DNA of 64,000 nucleotides, from contig NVUJ01000009.1 in the NCBI GenBank assembly GCA_002733135.1, positions 7,518 through 71,517 on the forward strand, read 5' to 3'. The DNA is from Cycloclasticus sp. (GTDB lineage: Bacteria; Pseudomonadota; Gammaproteobacteria; Methylococcales; Cycloclasticaceae). The translations under genes and the position numbers were made by a program. Within the stretch, counting starts at the first letter, position 1; each line of letters starts with the position of its first letter. Shown here one piece after another: positions 25,812 through 38,342 of the stretch. Below the pieces are notes generated by a model. The model was not told where the DNA came from and did not search any database. It worked only from the letters and a program-made list of their open reading frames with translations.

Positions 25812-28409
25812 TTAACCGTTAACAGCAATCTCTACAGTATCAGCAATCTTTTGATAATCATCGATTTGGTCAAAGTTTAAATAGCGATAAGTTTCAGCTG
25901 CCATCGTGTCAATTTTATTTGCGTATTCCATGTATTCTTCCTTATTTGGAATCCTACCCAATATGGCAGCAATTGCTGAAAGTTCTGCAGATGCTAAAAA
26001 TACATACGCCCCATTACCTAAACGATTTGGGAAATTACGTGTTGATGTTGATACGACTGTAGACTCTTCTGCCACACGCGCTTGATTACCCATACATAAT
26101 GAACAACCTGGCATTTCGGTACGCGCACCTGAGGTACCATAAATGTTGTAATAACCTTCAGCGGTTAGTTGAGCGGCATCCATTTTTGTCGGTGGAACAA
26201 CCCATAGGCGTGTTGGCAATACGCCACCATATTCTTTTAGTAAGTTACCCGCTGCACGAAAGTGTCCAATATTTGTCATGCACGAGCCAATAAACACTTC
26301 ATCAATTTTCGTGCCCGCGACCTCGGATAACGTTTTAACGTCATCTGGGTCATTAGGGCAGGCAAGAATAGGTTCATGAATCTCGCTCATATTGATTTCG
26401 ATAACTTCTACGTACTCAGCATCCGCATCGGCTTCCATTAACTCTGGCTTAGCTAACCATTCTTGCATGCCAATAATACGACGCTCAATGGTTCTTACAT
26501 CACCATAACCTTCGGCAATCATCCATTTAAGCATGGTGATGTTTGAATTCAAATATTCAATGATAGGTTCTTTATTTAGCTTAATGGTGCAACCTGCAGC
26601 GGATCGTTCTGCAGACGCATCTGATAATTCAAACGCTTGCTCTACTTTAAGGTCTGGTAGGCCTTCAATTTCAAGCACTCGGCCAGAGAACTCATTGATT
26701 TTTCCTTCTTTTGCGACGGTCAATAAACCTTTGTTTATAGCCGCTAATGGAATAGCGTTCACCATGTCACGTAATGTGATGCCTGGTTGCATCTCACCTG
26801 TGAAGCGCACCAAGATAGATTCTGGCATATCTAACGGCATAACGCCGGTTGCAGCGGCAAACGCCACTAAACCTGAACCCGCTGGAAATGAAATACCTAG
26901 TGGGAAACGTGTATGTGAATCGCCACCTGTACCAACGGTATCAGGTAATAACATGCGATTTAACCAAGAATGGATAATACCGTCACCTGGGCGCAAAGAA
27001 ACACCACCACGGTTCATAATGAAATCTGGAAGCGTATGGTGCGTATCAACGTCTACAGGTTTAGGATAAGCCGCTGTGTGACAAAATGATTGCATCACTA
27101 AGTCTGCTGAAAAACCTAAACACGCTAAATCTTTAAGTTCATCACGAGTCATTGGACCCGTTGTGTCTTGCGAACCCACTGTTGTCATATGCGGCTCACA
27201 GTAAACACCGGCGCGAACGCCCTCTACACCACAAGCTTTACCCACCATTTTCTGGGCCAAGGTATACCCTTTACCACTATCGGCGCGAGACTCAGGCGTT
27301 CTAAACACATCTGATGTACCTAGATCTAATGCCGTACGAGCCCGTGATGTTAAACCACGACCAATAATTAGTGGAATACGGCCACCCGCTTGAACTTCAT
27401 CAAGAAGTACGTTGGATTTTAATTCAAAATTAGCCAGTATTTCATCACTTCCACTTTTTGTAACTTTGCCTTCGTATGGATAAATATCAATAACATCATT
27501 CATGTTGAAATTTGATACATCCATTTCAATAGGTAATGCACCCGAATCTTCCATTGTATTGAAGAAAATGGGTGCAATTTTGCCACCAATACACACACCA
27601 CCACCGCGCTTATTTGGAATATAGGGAATATCGTCACCCATAAACCATAAAACAGAGTTAGTGGCCGACTTTCGGGATGAACCTGTTCCTACAACGTCGC
27701 CAACATAGGCCAATGGAATGCCATCTTTTTCCATTTCATCAATTTGAACGATAGGGCCTTTCTCACCCGGCACATCAGGATTTATGCCTTCACGCGGCAT
27801 TTTAAGCATGGCCAAGGCGTGTAATGGAATATCAGGACGTGACCATGCATCAGGTGCAGGCGACAAGTCATCTGTGTTCGTTTCGCCGGTTACTTCAAAT
27901 ACTTTAACCGTTAGCTTTTCAGCCAATGCAGGTTTGCTTGTAAACCACTCCGCATCTGCCCATGATTGCATAACGCGTTTTGCAGCTGCATTACCTGCCT
28001 CTGCTTTTTCTTTAATGTCGTGGAATGCATCAAATACCAATAAAATGTGTGACAACTGATCCGCTGCCGTTTCCGCGAGGTCCGCATTATCTAGTAAATT
28101 AACAAGCGGCATAATGTTATAGCCACCTAACATGGTACCCAATAATTCAGTCGCTCTTTTTGCATCAATCAATGATGAAGAGGCTTCACCTGTTGTTATC
28201 GCTGCAAGAAAGCCAGCTTTTACATAAGCCGCTTCATCAACACCCGCCGGCACGCGATTCGTAATTAGGTCAAGCAAGAAGTCTTCTTCACCTTGTGGTG
28301 GAGTTTTTAATAATTCAACTAAACCAGCAACTTGATCAGCATTTAGTGGCTTAGGGACGATACCTAAAGCGGCACGTTCTTCTACATGACTGCGGTATTC
28401 TTGTAACAC
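25812..28409 (-). CDS. acnB: Aconitate hydratase B
   Basis: [43 protein letters not shown]. Confidence 0.98.
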   Translation of the reverse strand: MLQEYRSHVEERAALGIVPKPLNADQVAGLVELLKTPPQGEEDFLLDLITNRVPAGVDEAAYVKAGFLAAITTGEASSSLIDAKRATELLGTMLGGYNIMPLVNLLDNADLAETAADQLSHILLVFDAFHDIKEKAEAGNAAAKRVMQSWADAEWFTSKPALAEKLTVKVFEVTGETNTDDLSPAPDAWSRPDIPLHALAMLKMPREGINPDVPGEKGPIVQIDEMEKDGIPLAYVGDVVGTGSSRKSATNSVLWFMGDDIPYIPNKRGGGVCIGGKIAPIFFNTMEDSGALPIEMDVSNFNMNDVIDIYPYEGKVTKSGSDEILANFELKSNVLLDEVQAGGRIPLIIGRGLTSRARTALDLGTSDVFRTPESRADSGKGYTLAQKMVGKACGVEGVRAGVYCEPHMTTVGSQDTTGPMTRDELKDLACLGFSADLVMQSFCHTAAYPKPVDVDTHHTLPDFIMNRGGVSLRPGDGIIHSWLNRMLLPDTVGTGGDSHTRFPLGISFPAGSGLVAFAAATGVMPLDMPESILVRFTGEMQPGITLRDMVNAIPLAAINKGLLTVAKEGKINEFSGRVLEIEGLPDLKVEQAFELSDASAERSAAGCTIKLNKEPIIEYLNSNITMLKWMIAEGYGDVRTIERRIIGMQEWLAKPELMEADADAEYVEVIEINMSEIHEPILACPNDPDDVKTLSEVAGTKIDEVFIGSCMTNIGHFRAAGNLLKEYGGVLPTRLWVVPPTKMDAAQLTAEGYYNIYGTSGARTEMPGCSLCMGNQARVAEESTVVSTSTRNFPNRLGNGAYVFLASAELSAIAAILGRIPNKEEYMEYANKIDTMAAETYRYLNFDQIDDYQKIADTVEIAVNG

Positions 28410-28565
28410 GATTGACTCCTTAGATTGAAATTGAGTGCCTAGTTAATCAGCAAGCACAACACGATATTTAGGTTGTAATAATAACATTTTAGGGTAGATA
28501 TTGACAGGTGAAACCAGACCGTGTTTTATAAACATAATGATTCATAAAACTATCTATATAGCCAT

Positions 28566-29339
28566 ATGTGCTTAATCCTTCTCGCCCACGAGTACTCAGC
28601 ACAATACAAATTTATATTGCTCTCGAACCGTGACGAATACCACCAACGGCCAACCAAACAAGCTGGCTTTTGGCCAGCTAACTCACCTATTTTTGGCGGT
28701 ATTGATGAGTTTGCAGGCGGTAGCTGGTTAAGCGTCGACAACACAGGGCGCTTAGCTGCTATCACAAATGTACGTAAACCACCGTTCAATGATACGAATA
28801 AGAAATCCCGCGGCCTAATCGTCAAAGACTTTTTAAGCTGCCAATTATCATCAAGAGAGTTTATTTCCAACTTAAAAACACGTGATGCAAATATCGGGCT
28901 GTTTAACCTGTTATTACGTGATAAAAATGAGTTAATTTATTACACAAATGATACACAACGAATCTCCTCAATAGAGCCAGGTATCCATGGGATCAGCAAT
29001 GCATCTTTAGACACCGCTTGGCCAAAGTTAACGCGTGGATGCGAACTGTTTAAATCTACGCTAAACCGGGCCACTGTGGGCAACTCAGATTATTTAAAAA
29101 TTTTGCAATCTCAACAAAGGCCTGTTGATAAACACTTGCCCCAAACAGGTATTAGTCTTGAGTTCGAACGACTGTTATCGTCAATATTTATTCAAAGCGA
29201 TGATTATGGGACGCGCTGTTCAACTATCATCACGATTGATTACGACAACCTACTAAACTTCACTGAGGTTTCATACGACTCTAGTGGCCAAATAACAGGC
29301 AAAGTAAATCAAGCTATTTTGCTGGGCAATTCTAGATAA
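28566..29339 (+). CDS. NRDE/TANGO2 family protein
   Basis: MCL..NRDE, SRG, YGTRCST. Confidence 0.9.
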   Translation: MCLILLAHEYSAQYKFILLSNRDEYHQRPTKQAGFWPANSPIFGGIDEFAGGSWLSVDNTGRLAAITNVRKPPFNDTNKKSRGLIVKDFLSCQLSSREFISNLKTRDANIGLFNLLLRDKNELIYYTNDTQRISSIEPGIHGISNASLDTAWPKLTRGCELFKSTLNRATVGNSDYLKILQSQQRPVDKHLPQTGISLEFERLLSSIFIQSDDYGTRCSTIITIDYDNLLNFTEVSYDSSGQITGKVNQAILLGNSR

Positions 29340-29345
29340 AATACG

Positions 29346-29603
29346 TTATCTGAACAGCAACATACCTATGGCTAACAGTAAAACAGGCACTAAGATATAC
29401 ATTAACCGCGCAACAAACCTTTGGATACCTGCGGCTTTGTCTTGTAGCTCTTCTGCTTTTTTATTGATACTTTCAGCGCGTTCAAACTGAACAGATTGCA
29501 TAGCTAATGCTTTAGTTTGATTGTCTAACGCTTCTTTTTGTTGCTGTAACTGGGTCTCTTGATTGGCAATTATTTTTTTAAGTAACACTGTTTGTTCATC
29601 CAT
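29346..29603 (-). CDS. Coiled-coil protein with C-terminal TM
   Basis: GGAG SD; Q-rich helix then hydrophobic tail. Confidence 0.65.
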   Translation of the reverse strand: MDEQTVLLKKIIANQETQLQQQKEALDNQTKALAMQSVQFERAESINKKAEELQDKAAGIQRFVARLMYILVPVLLLAIGMLLFR

Positions 29604-29618
29604 TGAGTTTCTCCGGAT

Positions 29619-30809
29619 TTACAATGCGTTTAGGCCTCTTGCTAAGTCATCTGTAATATCTTCAACATTTTCTAATCCGACTGATAACCTCAACAAATTA
29701 TCAGTTATTCCACCTGCAGCACGTTCTTCATCTGATAAACGACCATGTGTGGTTGTTTCAGGGTGTGTAATCATCGTTTTTACATCACCTAGGTTAGCTG
29801 TTATAGATATCATTTGCGTTGAATCAATGACTGACCACGCATTCTCTTGGCCACCTTTTACAGTAAAACTAAGAATGCCGCCAAACCCTGTTTGTTGCTG
29901 TTTTGCCAGTCCGTGTTGAGGGTGGCTTGTTAAACCTGTGTAATAAACTTTTTCAACGGTTGGTTGCTGCTCTAACCATTGAGCTACTTCCATTGCATTT
30001 TGGCAATGTTTCTCCATACGTAAAGACAAGGTTTCCAAACCTTTATGAAACACCCATGCATTAAACGGACTCATCGTTGGGCCTGTTGTTTTTAAAATAG
30101 GTAATAATTTTTCAATAATTAAGGCTTTATCGCCAACAATAGCGCCACCAACACATCGGCCTTGGCCATCTAAATATTTAGTAGCAGAGTGTACAACTAG
30201 GTCCGCGCCCAAATTGAGTGGTTTTTGTAAAACCGGCGTGCAATAAACATTGTCTACTATCAGCAATGCATTATGTTGGTGTGCTAAATCGGCCAGTTTT
30301 TTAATGTCGGCCAGCGTACCCAATGGGTTAGACGGCGTTTCAATAAATAAAAACGTTGTGTTGTCTTGGATGGCCGATTGCCAAGCATCGATATCATCTA
30401 GGTCAACAAACGTCGTTTCAACAGCAAAGCGCTGCATGATGTTCTTAAAGGTTAAGGTGGTATTGCCGAACACATTACGCGAGCAAACCACGTGACTCCC
30501 CGCTTTTAGCAGCCCTAAACACACGGTGTTAATGGCAGCCATGCCAGATGATGTGGCTAAGGCGTATTCAGCGCCCTCCATTGCGGCAAGCCGCTGCTCA
30601 AAGGCTCGAACTGTTGGGTTAGTAAAGCGCGAATAGATATTGCCTTCTATACGTCCAGAAAAACGATCTGCCGCTTCCTCTGCGTTTTTGAATACATAAC
30701 TGGAGGTAGGGAAAATCGCGTCACTATGCTCACCTTCTGGCGTCCTGTGTTGGCCAGCACGTATGCCTTGAGTTTCTATCGAGTAATCTTGCCAATCTTT
30801 ATCTGACAT
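29619..30809 (-). CDS. metZ: O-succinylhomoserine sulfhydrylase
   Basis: YSRFTNPT, HSATKYLDGQGR; downstream of purF. Confidence 0.92.
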   Translation of the reverse strand: MSDKDWQDYSIETQGIRAGQHRTPEGEHSDAIFPTSSYVFKNAEEAADRFSGRIEGNIYSRFTNPTVRAFEQRLAAMEGAEYALATSSGMAAINTVCLGLLKAGSHVVCSRNVFGNTTLTFKNIMQRFAVETTFVDLDDIDAWQSAIQDNTTFLFIETPSNPLGTLADIKKLADLAHQHNALLIVDNVYCTPVLQKPLNLGADLVVHSATKYLDGQGRCVGGAIVGDKALIIEKLLPILKTTGPTMSPFNAWVFHKGLETLSLRMEKHCQNAMEVAQWLEQQPTVEKVYYTGLTSHPQHGLAKQQQTGFGGILSFTVKGGQENAWSVIDSTQMISITANLGDVKTMITHPETTTHGRLSDEERAAGGITDNLLRLSVGLENVEDITDDLARGLNAL

Positions 30810-30828
30810 TTTAAAAGACCTTTTGACG

Positions 30829-32337
30829 TTAATTCGTATTATGTAGTTCTATAACCGTTTGATCTAAATCATTTTGAGTTTTCTGATCATCAGATCGACT
30901 CAACCCTTGTTTATAGAGATATTGCGCGCTGACAGTGCCCGTAACATATTTTTGGTTGAAACAAGCGGCATCAAAATCAAGCATCTCCGGATTGCGCTTC
31001 CTCACAGATTCAAATAAATCATCAAGATCTTGGTAAAGTAACCAGTCTGCGCCGATTTCCTTTTGAATTTCTTCTATCGTTCGATTATGTGCAACCAACT
31101 CTTTAACAGCGGGCATATCAATGCCATACACATTTGGGTAACGAACTGGGGGTGCGGCAGACGCGAAGTAAACTTTATTTGCTCCAGCTTCTCTAGCTAG
31201 TTTAATTATTTGACCGGACGTCGTTCCTCGCACTATGGAGTCATCGACTAAAAGAACATTTTTGCCTTTAAACTCAAGCTCAATGGCGTTGAGTTTACGG
31301 CGTACTGAGTTTTTTCTTTCTTGCTGGCCAGGCATGATAAATGTTCTACCAATATATCGGTTTTTGATAAAGCCTTCTCTATACTTAACGTCCAGTATAT
31401 TAGCTAATTGCAAAGCCGATGTTCTACTTGTATCAGGGATTGGAATAACTACATCTATATCGTGATCTGGCTTAAGACGCATAATTTTTTCAGCTAACTT
31501 CTCGCCCATACGTAAACGCGACTTGTAGACTGACACATTATCGATAATAGAATCGGGTCTTGCCAGATACACATATTCAAAAATACAGGGTGTAAGCACT
31601 GGGTTCTCCGCGCATTGTTGAGTGTGAATAACCCCACCTTTCATTATGAAAATAGCTTCACCAGGGGCAATATCTCTCACCAATTTAAACTCTTGCGCAT
31701 CCAAGGCGACTGACTCAGATGCAATCATGTATTCATTGCCTTGATCGGTCTCACGTAAGCCAAAACAAATCGGGCGAATGCCATTTGGATCACGAAACCC
31801 AACGACACCAAACCCAGTAATCATCGCGACAACGGCATATGCGCCTTCACAACGTCTATGTACAGCGGATACCGCTTTGAATACGTCATCTGTATTGAGT
31901 TTTAATTTACCTAATTGTTGGAGTTCATGGGCAAATATATTAAGCAATATTTCGGAATCAGAGTTGGTATTAATGTGGCGCTGATCGTGTACAAATAATT
32001 CTTCTTTTAACTGTTCGGCATTCGTTAAATTACCGTTATGTGCCAAGGTAACACCAAAAGGAGAGTTGACATAAAAAGGTTGTGCTTCTGCAGAACTGGA
32101 ACAGCCTGCTGTTGGATAACGAACATGTGCAATACCCATATTTCCAGTAAGCTCAAGCATATGACTTGTTCTAAAAACATCGCGAACTAAACCGTTAGCT
32201 TTTCGAAGGTGTAATTGACTACCTTCGCAAGTGACTATACCTGCAGCATCTTGACCTCGATGTTGAAGAACAGTTAATGCTTCATAAAGTTCTTGATTAA
32301 CATTTTGATGGGCTACAACACCAGCGATTCCGCACAT
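30829..32337 (-). CDS. purF: Amidophosphoribosyltransferase
   Basis: MCG N-terminus, [19 protein letters not shown]. Confidence 0.97.
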   Translation of the reverse strand: MCGIAGVVAHQNVNQELYEALTVLQHRGQDAAGIVTCEGSQLHLRKANGLVRDVFRTSHMLELTGNMGIAHVRYPTAGCSSSAEAQPFYVNSPFGVTLAHNGNLTNAEQLKEELFVHDQRHINTNSDSEILLNIFAHELQQLGKLKLNTDDVFKAVSAVHRRCEGAYAVVAMITGFGVVGFRDPNGIRPICFGLRETDQGNEYMIASESVALDAQEFKLVRDIAPGEAIFIMKGGVIHTQQCAENPVLTPCIFEYVYLARPDSIIDNVSVYKSRLRMGEKLAEKIMRLKPDHDIDVVIPIPDTSRTSALQLANILDVKYREGFIKNRYIGRTFIMPGQQERKNSVRRKLNAIELEFKGKNVLLVDDSIVRGTTSGQIIKLAREAGANKVYFASAAPPVRYPNVYGIDMPAVKELVAHNRTIEEIQKEIGADWLLYQDLDDLFESVRKRNPEMLDFDAACFNQKYVTGTVSAQYLYKQGLSRSDDQKTQNDLDQTVIELHNTN

Positions 32338-32361
32338 ATCTAATTCTACCTTTTTATTAAT

Positions 32362-32871
32362 TTAATATGAAAAGTATCCAGAAACACCTTCTGGTATTTG
32401 TTCTCTTAACCATACGGATAAGTTTTGAAAAGGGCCAATTAATGTTGACTCAACCCACCATGGGTCCTGAGGTAGCGGCGTTAAACCTGCCAACAACACT
32501 AGCACAGACATAACGACCATGCCACGCGCTATACCAAATAAAAACCCTGCAAACCTATCGGTACCAGACAACCCCGTTTTATCCACTATTTGGCTTACAA
32601 GGTACGACAGCATTGCACCTAAAATTAAAGTTAGAAGTAAGAGGACAATAAACGCCGCAGCAATTCTCACAGAAGGGACTTCAATATAATCGGTTAAATA
32701 AATAGAAAACTGTTGGCTAAACCGAATAGCAACAATAATGGATACAATCCAAGTACCCAGTGAAAAAGCTTCTTTAACAAAGCCACGAAATAAGCCAATA
32801 ATCGCCGATAAGAAGATAATGCCTAGGATGGCATAATCAATCCAAATTAAATTTATGCTCTCAATAGTCAA
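32362..32871 (-). CDS. cvpA: CvpA family membrane protein
   Basis: RGFVKEAFSL, GLSGTDR; synteny. Confidence 0.9.
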   Translation of the reverse strand: MTIESINLIWIDYAILGIIFLSAIIGLFRGFVKEAFSLGTWIVSIIVAIRFSQQFSIYLTDYIEVPSVRIAAAFIVLLLLTLILGAMLSYLVSQIVDKTGLSGTDRFAGFLFGIARGMVVMSVLVLLAGLTPLPQDPWWVESTLIGPFQNLSVWLREQIPEGVSGYFSY

Positions 32872-32882
32872 CGTGATTAGCT

Positions 32883-33398
32883 CTAAGGGTATTTAACAAC
32901 GATGGCGTTTTTTAATTGATGTCCTGTGTGCAAGGTTAGCTTCATCGCATCGGCTTTTTCTTTACTCAATTCAGGTCCAATTCTAACGCGATAAACATCA
33001 CCACTTTTACCGGCCATTTGCTCAACAAATGCGCTAAATCCTGCTGACTTCAATTTTGTAGACAACGCATCCGCATTTTTTTGATCTGAAAAGCTACCTA
33101 CTTGCACAACCCAAGCAGTTAAACCTTCAACTGACTTTTTAGGTGGTGGGGCTGGAATTGTTGGTTTTTTTATTTCTACAACTGCATCTTTACTAATTGA
33201 AACTTCTGCCAGTTCTTCTTTTTCTTGTTCTGGTAAAACCAAAATACGAGAATCAATATTTTTTGGTGGCTCAGGAATTTCAATTGAAAAAGGTTGAGAG
33301 CTATTTGGTTTGTTACCAATGAGCATAGGCACAAATATAACAGCGAGTGAAATGAGTATAACTGCGCCAATCAAACGTTGTTTTAGAGGTTGTTCCAT
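32883..33398 (-). CDS. dedD: SPOR-domain division protein
   Basis: LKQRLIGA TM; WVVQVGSF..YRVRIGP. Confidence 0.85.
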   Translation of the reverse strand: MEQPLKQRLIGAVILISLAVIFVPMLIGNKPNSSQPFSIEIPEPPKNIDSRILVLPEQEKEELAEVSISKDAVVEIKKPTIPAPPPKKSVEGLTAWVVQVGSFSDQKNADALSTKLKSAGFSAFVEQMAGKSGDVYRVRIGPELSKEKADAMKLTLHTGHQLKNAIVVKYP

Positions 33399-33440
33399 AG
33401 CAATCCTAAATAAACTCTTTATGATGAAAAGTTGATCGCA

Positions 33441-34757
33441 TTATAACGCTTCTAAACACGCTTCGACCACATAAAAAGAACCAAAACAAACGACTAAATC
33501 TTCATCACCCGCTATAGAGCGCGCTTCATTTAAAGCAGCCTTTATTGAAGCATAAGTTTTATATTTTTTTACGCCCTGTTTCTTCAACAAGTTAGACATA
33601 TGCTCGATAGATTCCGCCCTATGCACATCAAGGAGTGCAATATGCCATTGGTTAACAAGGCCAACAAACGGTGATGTCACATGAGTAACATCCTTGCCAG
33701 CCAAAATTGAGAAGACAGCATGAATGGTTTTATTGCTATAGCAAGAACGAATATACTCTGCTAGCGCAACAGCAGACTCAGGGTTATGAGCAACATCCAA
33801 TATAATAGTTGGCTTCATGTCTATCACTTGAACCCTACCCATCAACGTTGTTTCTTGTAAGCCTTTATTAAGACTGGCTTTCGAAACAGGGATGTCCTTG
33901 TGTATTGAAGCTAATAGGGTGATAACAGCGGCGGCATTTTGTATTTGATGCGCCCCATTCAATGAAGGCATGGGATAAAAAGCAGCAAATAAATGTTCAG
34001 CCATTAATTGCCACTCATCCGTATGCATTTGAATATCAAAATCACGACCCGCAAGCTGTAGTTGAATATTTAATGTGTTTGCGTAATCAAGCAAACTTTT
34101 TGGTACTGTTCTATCGCCGCAAACTGCTACTTGATTATTTCTAAATATGCCTGCTTTCTCTACAGCAATTTTAAAAATATCATCCCCTAACCAATCCACA
34201 TGGTCTATATCTATGCTGGTGATAAGTGCGGCATCAGCGTCGATGATGTTAACAGCATCCAAGCGCCCACCTAGCCCAACTTCAAGAATTTGAATATCTA
34301 CTTGTTGCTCAGCAAAAATATCTAGTGCTGCCAAGGTGCCAAATTCAAAATAACTTAAACTAACGTGCTCTCTAACTGAGTTAATTTTCGCAAATGAATG
34401 AGTAATAAGCGGGTCTGATACAGGCTTACCATTCAAGCGAATTCGTTCGTTATAGGCTAATAAATGTGGCGTACTATAAACGCCAACCTTATAACCCGCT
34501 GTCACAAGAATTGATTCTAAGTAAGCAACACAGGAACCCTTACCATTGGTACCTGCTACGGTAATGGTATAAACAGATTTAACCGATTGCTTTTCGGGCG
34601 GTTTAGTACTGTAATTTTGCTGTTTTAAGAGATTATAAACGGCCGATACACGATCCAAGCCTAGGTCTATTTCTTTTACGTGATATTGCTCTTGCCAACT
34701 CAGCCAATCATTTAGTGGTGTTTGCGCCGTTAATGCTGATGGCTGATTAATGCTGAT
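33441..34757 (-). CDS. folC: Dihydrofolate/folylpolyglutamate synthase; start non-canonical and uncertain (34757, 34751 or 34730)
   Basis: GTNGKGS, EVGLGGRLDA, DVAHNP; conserved N-terminus PLNDWLSWQE..H..IDLGL lies in frame upstream of the first TTG. Confidence 0.9.
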   Translation of the reverse strand: MSINQPSALTAQTPLNDWLSWQEQYHVKEIDLGLDRVSAVYNLLKQQNYSTKPPEKQSVKSVYTITVAGTNGKGSCVAYLESILVTAGYKVGVYSTPHLLAYNERIRLNGKPVSDPLITHSFAKINSVREHVSLSYFEFGTLAALDIFAEQQVDIQILEVGLGGRLDAVNIIDADAALITSIDIDHVDWLGDDIFKIAVEKAGIFRNNQVAVCGDRTVPKSLLDYANTLNIQLQLAGRDFDIQMHTDEWQLMAEHLFAAFYPMPSLNGAHQIQNAAAVITLLASIHKDIPVSKASLNKGLQETTLMGRVQVIDMKPTIILDVAHNPESAVALAEYIRSCYSNKTIHAVFSILAGKDVTHVTSPFVGLVNQWHIALLDVHRAESIEHMSNLLKKQGVKKYKTYASIKAALNEARSIAGDEDLVVCFGSFYVVEACLEAL

Positions 34758-35659
34758 TACTCTTTAACGAAGTCTGCGATTGGGGCGTCTAACTTTTCTA
34801 GAGCATGATGGCCTGCGTGCAATAGAGATAAGATTTCTGCCACTTTCGAACGCATGTCTCGTCGATCAACAATCATATCAATCGCACCATGCTCCAATAA
34901 AAACTCAGCACGTTGGAAACCCTCTGGAAGTTTTTCACTCACTGTTTGTTCAATAACACGCTGCCCTGCAAAACCAATCAATGCATTAGGTTCAGCGATA
35001 TGAACATCACCTAACATGGCAAGACTAGCCGACACACCACCCATAGTTGGGTCTGTCATCACGGAAATAAAAGGTATTTTGTTGTCCGCCAATTTTGTTA
35101 ACGCCGCACTTGTTTTTGCCATTTGAAACAATGAGAATAAAGACTCTTGCATCCTTGCACCACCACTGGCAGAAAAGCAAACTAGTGGAATTTTAGATTT
35201 AACACACTCGTTGACGGCTTGCACAAAACGCTCGCCAACAACAGAGCCCATAGAACCGCCCATAAAGGAGAAGTCGAATGCTGCGGTGACAAGGTCTAAA
35301 TCTAATACTTTGCCTTTCATAACGATCATTGCATCTGTTTCACCTGTGGATTTCACAGCTGCGGCATGGCGGTCTTTATATTTTTTACTGTCTTTAAATT
35401 TAAGCGGGTCTAGTGATCCAATATTAGAACCAATTTCTTCCCTACCACCTTCATCTAAAAAAGATTCAAGTCGTTGACGACCTGTTACACGTTGATGATA
35501 GTCACATTTAGGACAAACGTATTGATTGCTTTCTAAATCAGTTTTGTAAAGTACACTATGGCAGCCATCACACTTGCACCAGATACCTTCAGGCACAGAA
35601 CCTTTCCTTGCACCTTTTAGCTTAATCCCAGAGGGTATTAATTTTTCAAACCAACTCAT
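34757..35659 (-). CDS. accD: Acetyl-CoA carboxyltransferase beta
   Basis: Zn finger, [18 protein letters not shown]. Confidence 0.97.
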   Translation of the reverse strand: MSWFEKLIPSGIKLKGARKGSVPEGIWCKCDGCHSVLYKTDLESNQYVCPKCDYHQRVTGRQRLESFLDEGGREEIGSNIGSLDPLKFKDSKKYKDRHAAAVKSTGETDAMIVMKGKVLDLDLVTAAFDFSFMGGSMGSVVGERFVQAVNECVKSKIPLVCFSASGGARMQESLFSLFQMAKTSAALTKLADNKIPFISVMTDPTMGGVSASLAMLGDVHIAEPNALIGFAGQRVIEQTVSEKLPEGFQRAEFLLEHGAIDMIVDRRDMRSKVAEILSLLHAGHHALEKLDAPIADFVKE

Positions 35660-35681
35660 AAATCACCTAAGCATTAAATTG

Positions 35682-36491
35682 TTAAGTTACTGCATCCATT
35701 GCTTCTCGCATGCTGTTCAATAAATCTGAAATAGCTTGCTGTCCTGCGCTTTCATTACCAGTGTGACTGGTAATACATTCAATCAGAGCACTGCCAACGA
35801 CAACGCCATCACCTATTTTAGCAATGTTAGAGGCAATATCGGCATTTTTCACACCAAATCCAATCGCGATAGGCAAGGAGGTATGTTGTTTAATTTCCGC
35901 CACTTTATCCTGAACAGGCCCCAGCTCGAGGTGCCCTGCACCAGTTACGCCTTTTATAGAGACATAATAAATATAGCCCTTAGCCACGGACACAATTTTT
36001 TTAATGCGTCCTTCATGACTGGTTGGAGACAATAAGAAGATTGGAGCCAAGTCGTATTTATCATACGCTGCAATCAAGTCTTTGCTTTCTTCAGGCGGAA
36101 TATCAACCGTCAGCACACCGTCTACACCGGCCTCAGCGGCCTTTTGTACGAAAGCTTCATACCCCATAAATTCGATGGGGTTTAAATAGCCCATCAAAAT
36201 AACGGGCGTTATCTTGTCACGTTCTCTAAAACGACTAACAATCTCTATAACACCCCTTAAAGACATGCCATTATCCAACGCACGCTCGCTGGCTTTTTGA
36301 ATAACTGGCCCATCAGCCATCGGATCTGAGAAAGGCACGCCTAATTCAATAATGTTGGCACCCGCTTTAACCATTTCGTACATGCAAGCTAAAGTAAACT
36401 CAGCGTTAGGATCGCCCGCTGTTACAAACGGTATTAATGCTTTTTTATTAGCATCTTTAAGCGCTTTAAAACATTGCTCTAAACGGCTCAC
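35682..36491 (-). CDS. trpA: Tryptophan synthase alpha
   Basis: [17 protein letters not shown]. Confidence 0.97.
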   Translation of the reverse strand: MSRLEQCFKALKDANKKALIPFVTAGDPNAEFTLACMYEMVKAGANIIELGVPFSDPMADGPVIQKASERALDNGMSLRGVIEIVSRFRERDKITPVILMGYLNPIEFMGYEAFVQKAAEAGVDGVLTVDIPPEESKDLIAAYDKYDLAPIFLLSPTSHEGRIKKIVSVAKGYIYYVSIKGVTGAGHLELGPVQDKVAEIKQHTSLPIAIGFGVKNADIASNIAKIGDGVVVGSALIECITSHTGNESAGQQAISDLLNSMREAMDAVT

Positions 36492-37720
36492 AGCTCAATC
36501 CCCTCAATTTTTGCGATGGTGAAAATATCTTTATCGCCACGACCAGATAGGTTTACTAGTATGGTTTGATCTTTATCCATCGTTTTGGCTAATTTTGTTG
36601 CGTAAGCTACCGCATGACTCGATTCTAATGCCGGAATAATACCTTCAACACGGGTTAATTGGTGGAAAGCCTCTAACGCCTCATCATCATTAATATTTAC
36701 GTATTCAGCGCGGCCAATATCTTTTAACCAAGAGTGTTCTGGTCCAACCCCTGGATAATCTAAACCGGCAGAGATAGAGTGTGTTTCAAGAATTTCACCA
36801 TCTTCATCTGCCATTAAGTAGGTTCTATTTCCGTGTAAAACACCGGGTTTACCAGCACACAGGGGTGCTGAATGTTTGCCTGTTTCAACTCCCAAACCTG
36901 CGGCTTCTACGCCATATATAGCCACCTCTTCGTCTTCAATAAATGGGTGGAATAAGCCAATCGCATTAGAGCCACCGCCGACACACGCCACTAAAGCATC
37001 GGGTAAGCGTCCAGTTTTTTCCAGCATTTGTTCGCGTGACTCACGACCAATGATGGTTTGAAAATCACGCACCATGGCGGGATAAGGGTGCGGCCCGGCA
37101 ACCGTGCCGATAATGTAGTATGTGTTATCTATGTTAGTCACCCAGTCTCTAAGGGCTTCGTTTAACGCATCTTTCAACGTTTGTGAGCCTGAGGTAACGG
37201 GAACAACTTCCGCGCCCAACAATCGCATACGATACACATTGGGAGATTGGCGTTGGATATCTTCAGCACCCATGTAAACAACACACTCAAGGCCCAACCT
37301 AGCCGCCACCGTTGCTGTGGCGACACCGTGCTGGCCCGCACCAGTTTCAGCAATAATACGAGTTTTACCCATACGTTTAGCTAAAAGAGCTTGGCCGATT
37401 GTATTATTTACTTTGTGAGCACCCGTATGGTTCAAGTCTTCCCGTTTTAAATAAATTTGCGCGCCACCCGTTTCATCACTGAGCCGCTTGGCGTGATAAA
37501 CCGGAGATGGACGACCCACATAGTCGTGTAAATCGGTATCTAATTCAGCTAAAAACTCAGGATCTTGCATGTATTTTTGATATGCCTCATTCAGCTCTTC
37601 AATAGACCCCATCAATGTCTCAGCAACGAAAGTACCGCCGTAAGGGCCGAAATGACCTTGCTCATCAGGCAAGTTGTAATCAGTTACTTTTGATTGTTTT
37701 TGGGGCTTATTGGTCGGCAC
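36488..37720 (-). CDS. trpB: Tryptophan synthase beta
   Basis: [22 protein letters not shown]. Confidence 0.98.
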   Translation of the reverse strand: MPTNKPQKQSKVTDYNLPDEQGHFGPYGGTFVAETLMGSIEELNEAYQKYMQDPEFLAELDTDLHDYVGRPSPVYHAKRLSDETGGAQIYLKREDLNHTGAHKVNNTIGQALLAKRMGKTRIIAETGAGQHGVATATVAARLGLECVVYMGAEDIQRQSPNVYRMRLLGAEVVPVTSGSQTLKDALNEALRDWVTNIDNTYYIIGTVAGPHPYPAMVRDFQTIIGRESREQMLEKTGRLPDALVACVGGGSNAIGLFHPFIEDEEVAIYGVEAAGLGVETGKHSAPLCAGKPGVLHGNRTYLMADEDGEILETHSISAGLDYPGVGPEHSWLKDIGRAEYVNINDDEALEAFHQLTRVEGIIPALESSHAVAYATKLAKTMDKDQTILVNLSGRGDKDIFTIAKIEGIEL

Positions 37721-38330
37721 GTTTTACCTCTTGCATAAATTGTTGTATTAACGAGTGTTCTTTAACACCCTTACTTTTTTCAACACCACTGCTAACATCG
37801 ACAGCGTATGGATTTGTTTGTTTAATCGCATCGTAGACATTTTGGCTATTAAGGCCGCCTGCTAAAATGAGAGGTAATGAGGCATCTTGTGGCAGTAAGT
37901 TCCAGTCAAATGTTTGCCCTGTACCACCGTATTGAGTACTATCATAAGCATCGATAAGCAGGCCAGACGCTGAGCCGTACTGCGAAGCCACGTCCTTTAA
38001 ATCAGTCGTAGGCCGGATTCTTACAGCTTTTAGGTAAGGCGTATTAAATGATTTACAAAAAGCCTCATCTTCATCTCCATGAAATTGTAAGACATCAATA
38101 GGCAATGTATTGACAGCTTCCATAACATATTCATAACTAGGATTAACAAAAAGAGCTATCTTATTGATAAATGGCGTTATTTCATTAAATATTTTCTTCG
38201 CTTTAAGGATATCTAAATACCGTGGGCTTTTATCATAAAACACGAAACCCAATGCATCAGCACCCGCTTCGATAGCAGCTAAGGCATCGTTAGTTTGGGT
38301 AATACCACAAATTTTTACACGTGTTCTCAA
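37707..38330 (-). CDS. trpF: Phosphoribosylanthranilate isomerase
   Basis: [27 protein letters not shown]. Confidence 0.95.
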   Translation of the reverse strand: MRTRVKICGITQTNDALAAIEAGADALGFVFYDKSPRYLDILKAKKIFNEITPFINKIALFVNPSYEYVMEAVNTLPIDVLQFHGDEDEAFCKSFNTPYLKAVRIRPTTDLKDVASQYGSASGLLIDAYDSTQYGGTGQTFDWNLLPQDASLPLILAGGLNSQNVYDAIKQTNPYAVDVSSGVEKSKGVKEHSLIQQFMQEVKRADQ

Positions 38331-38342
38331 TTTATTATTTTC

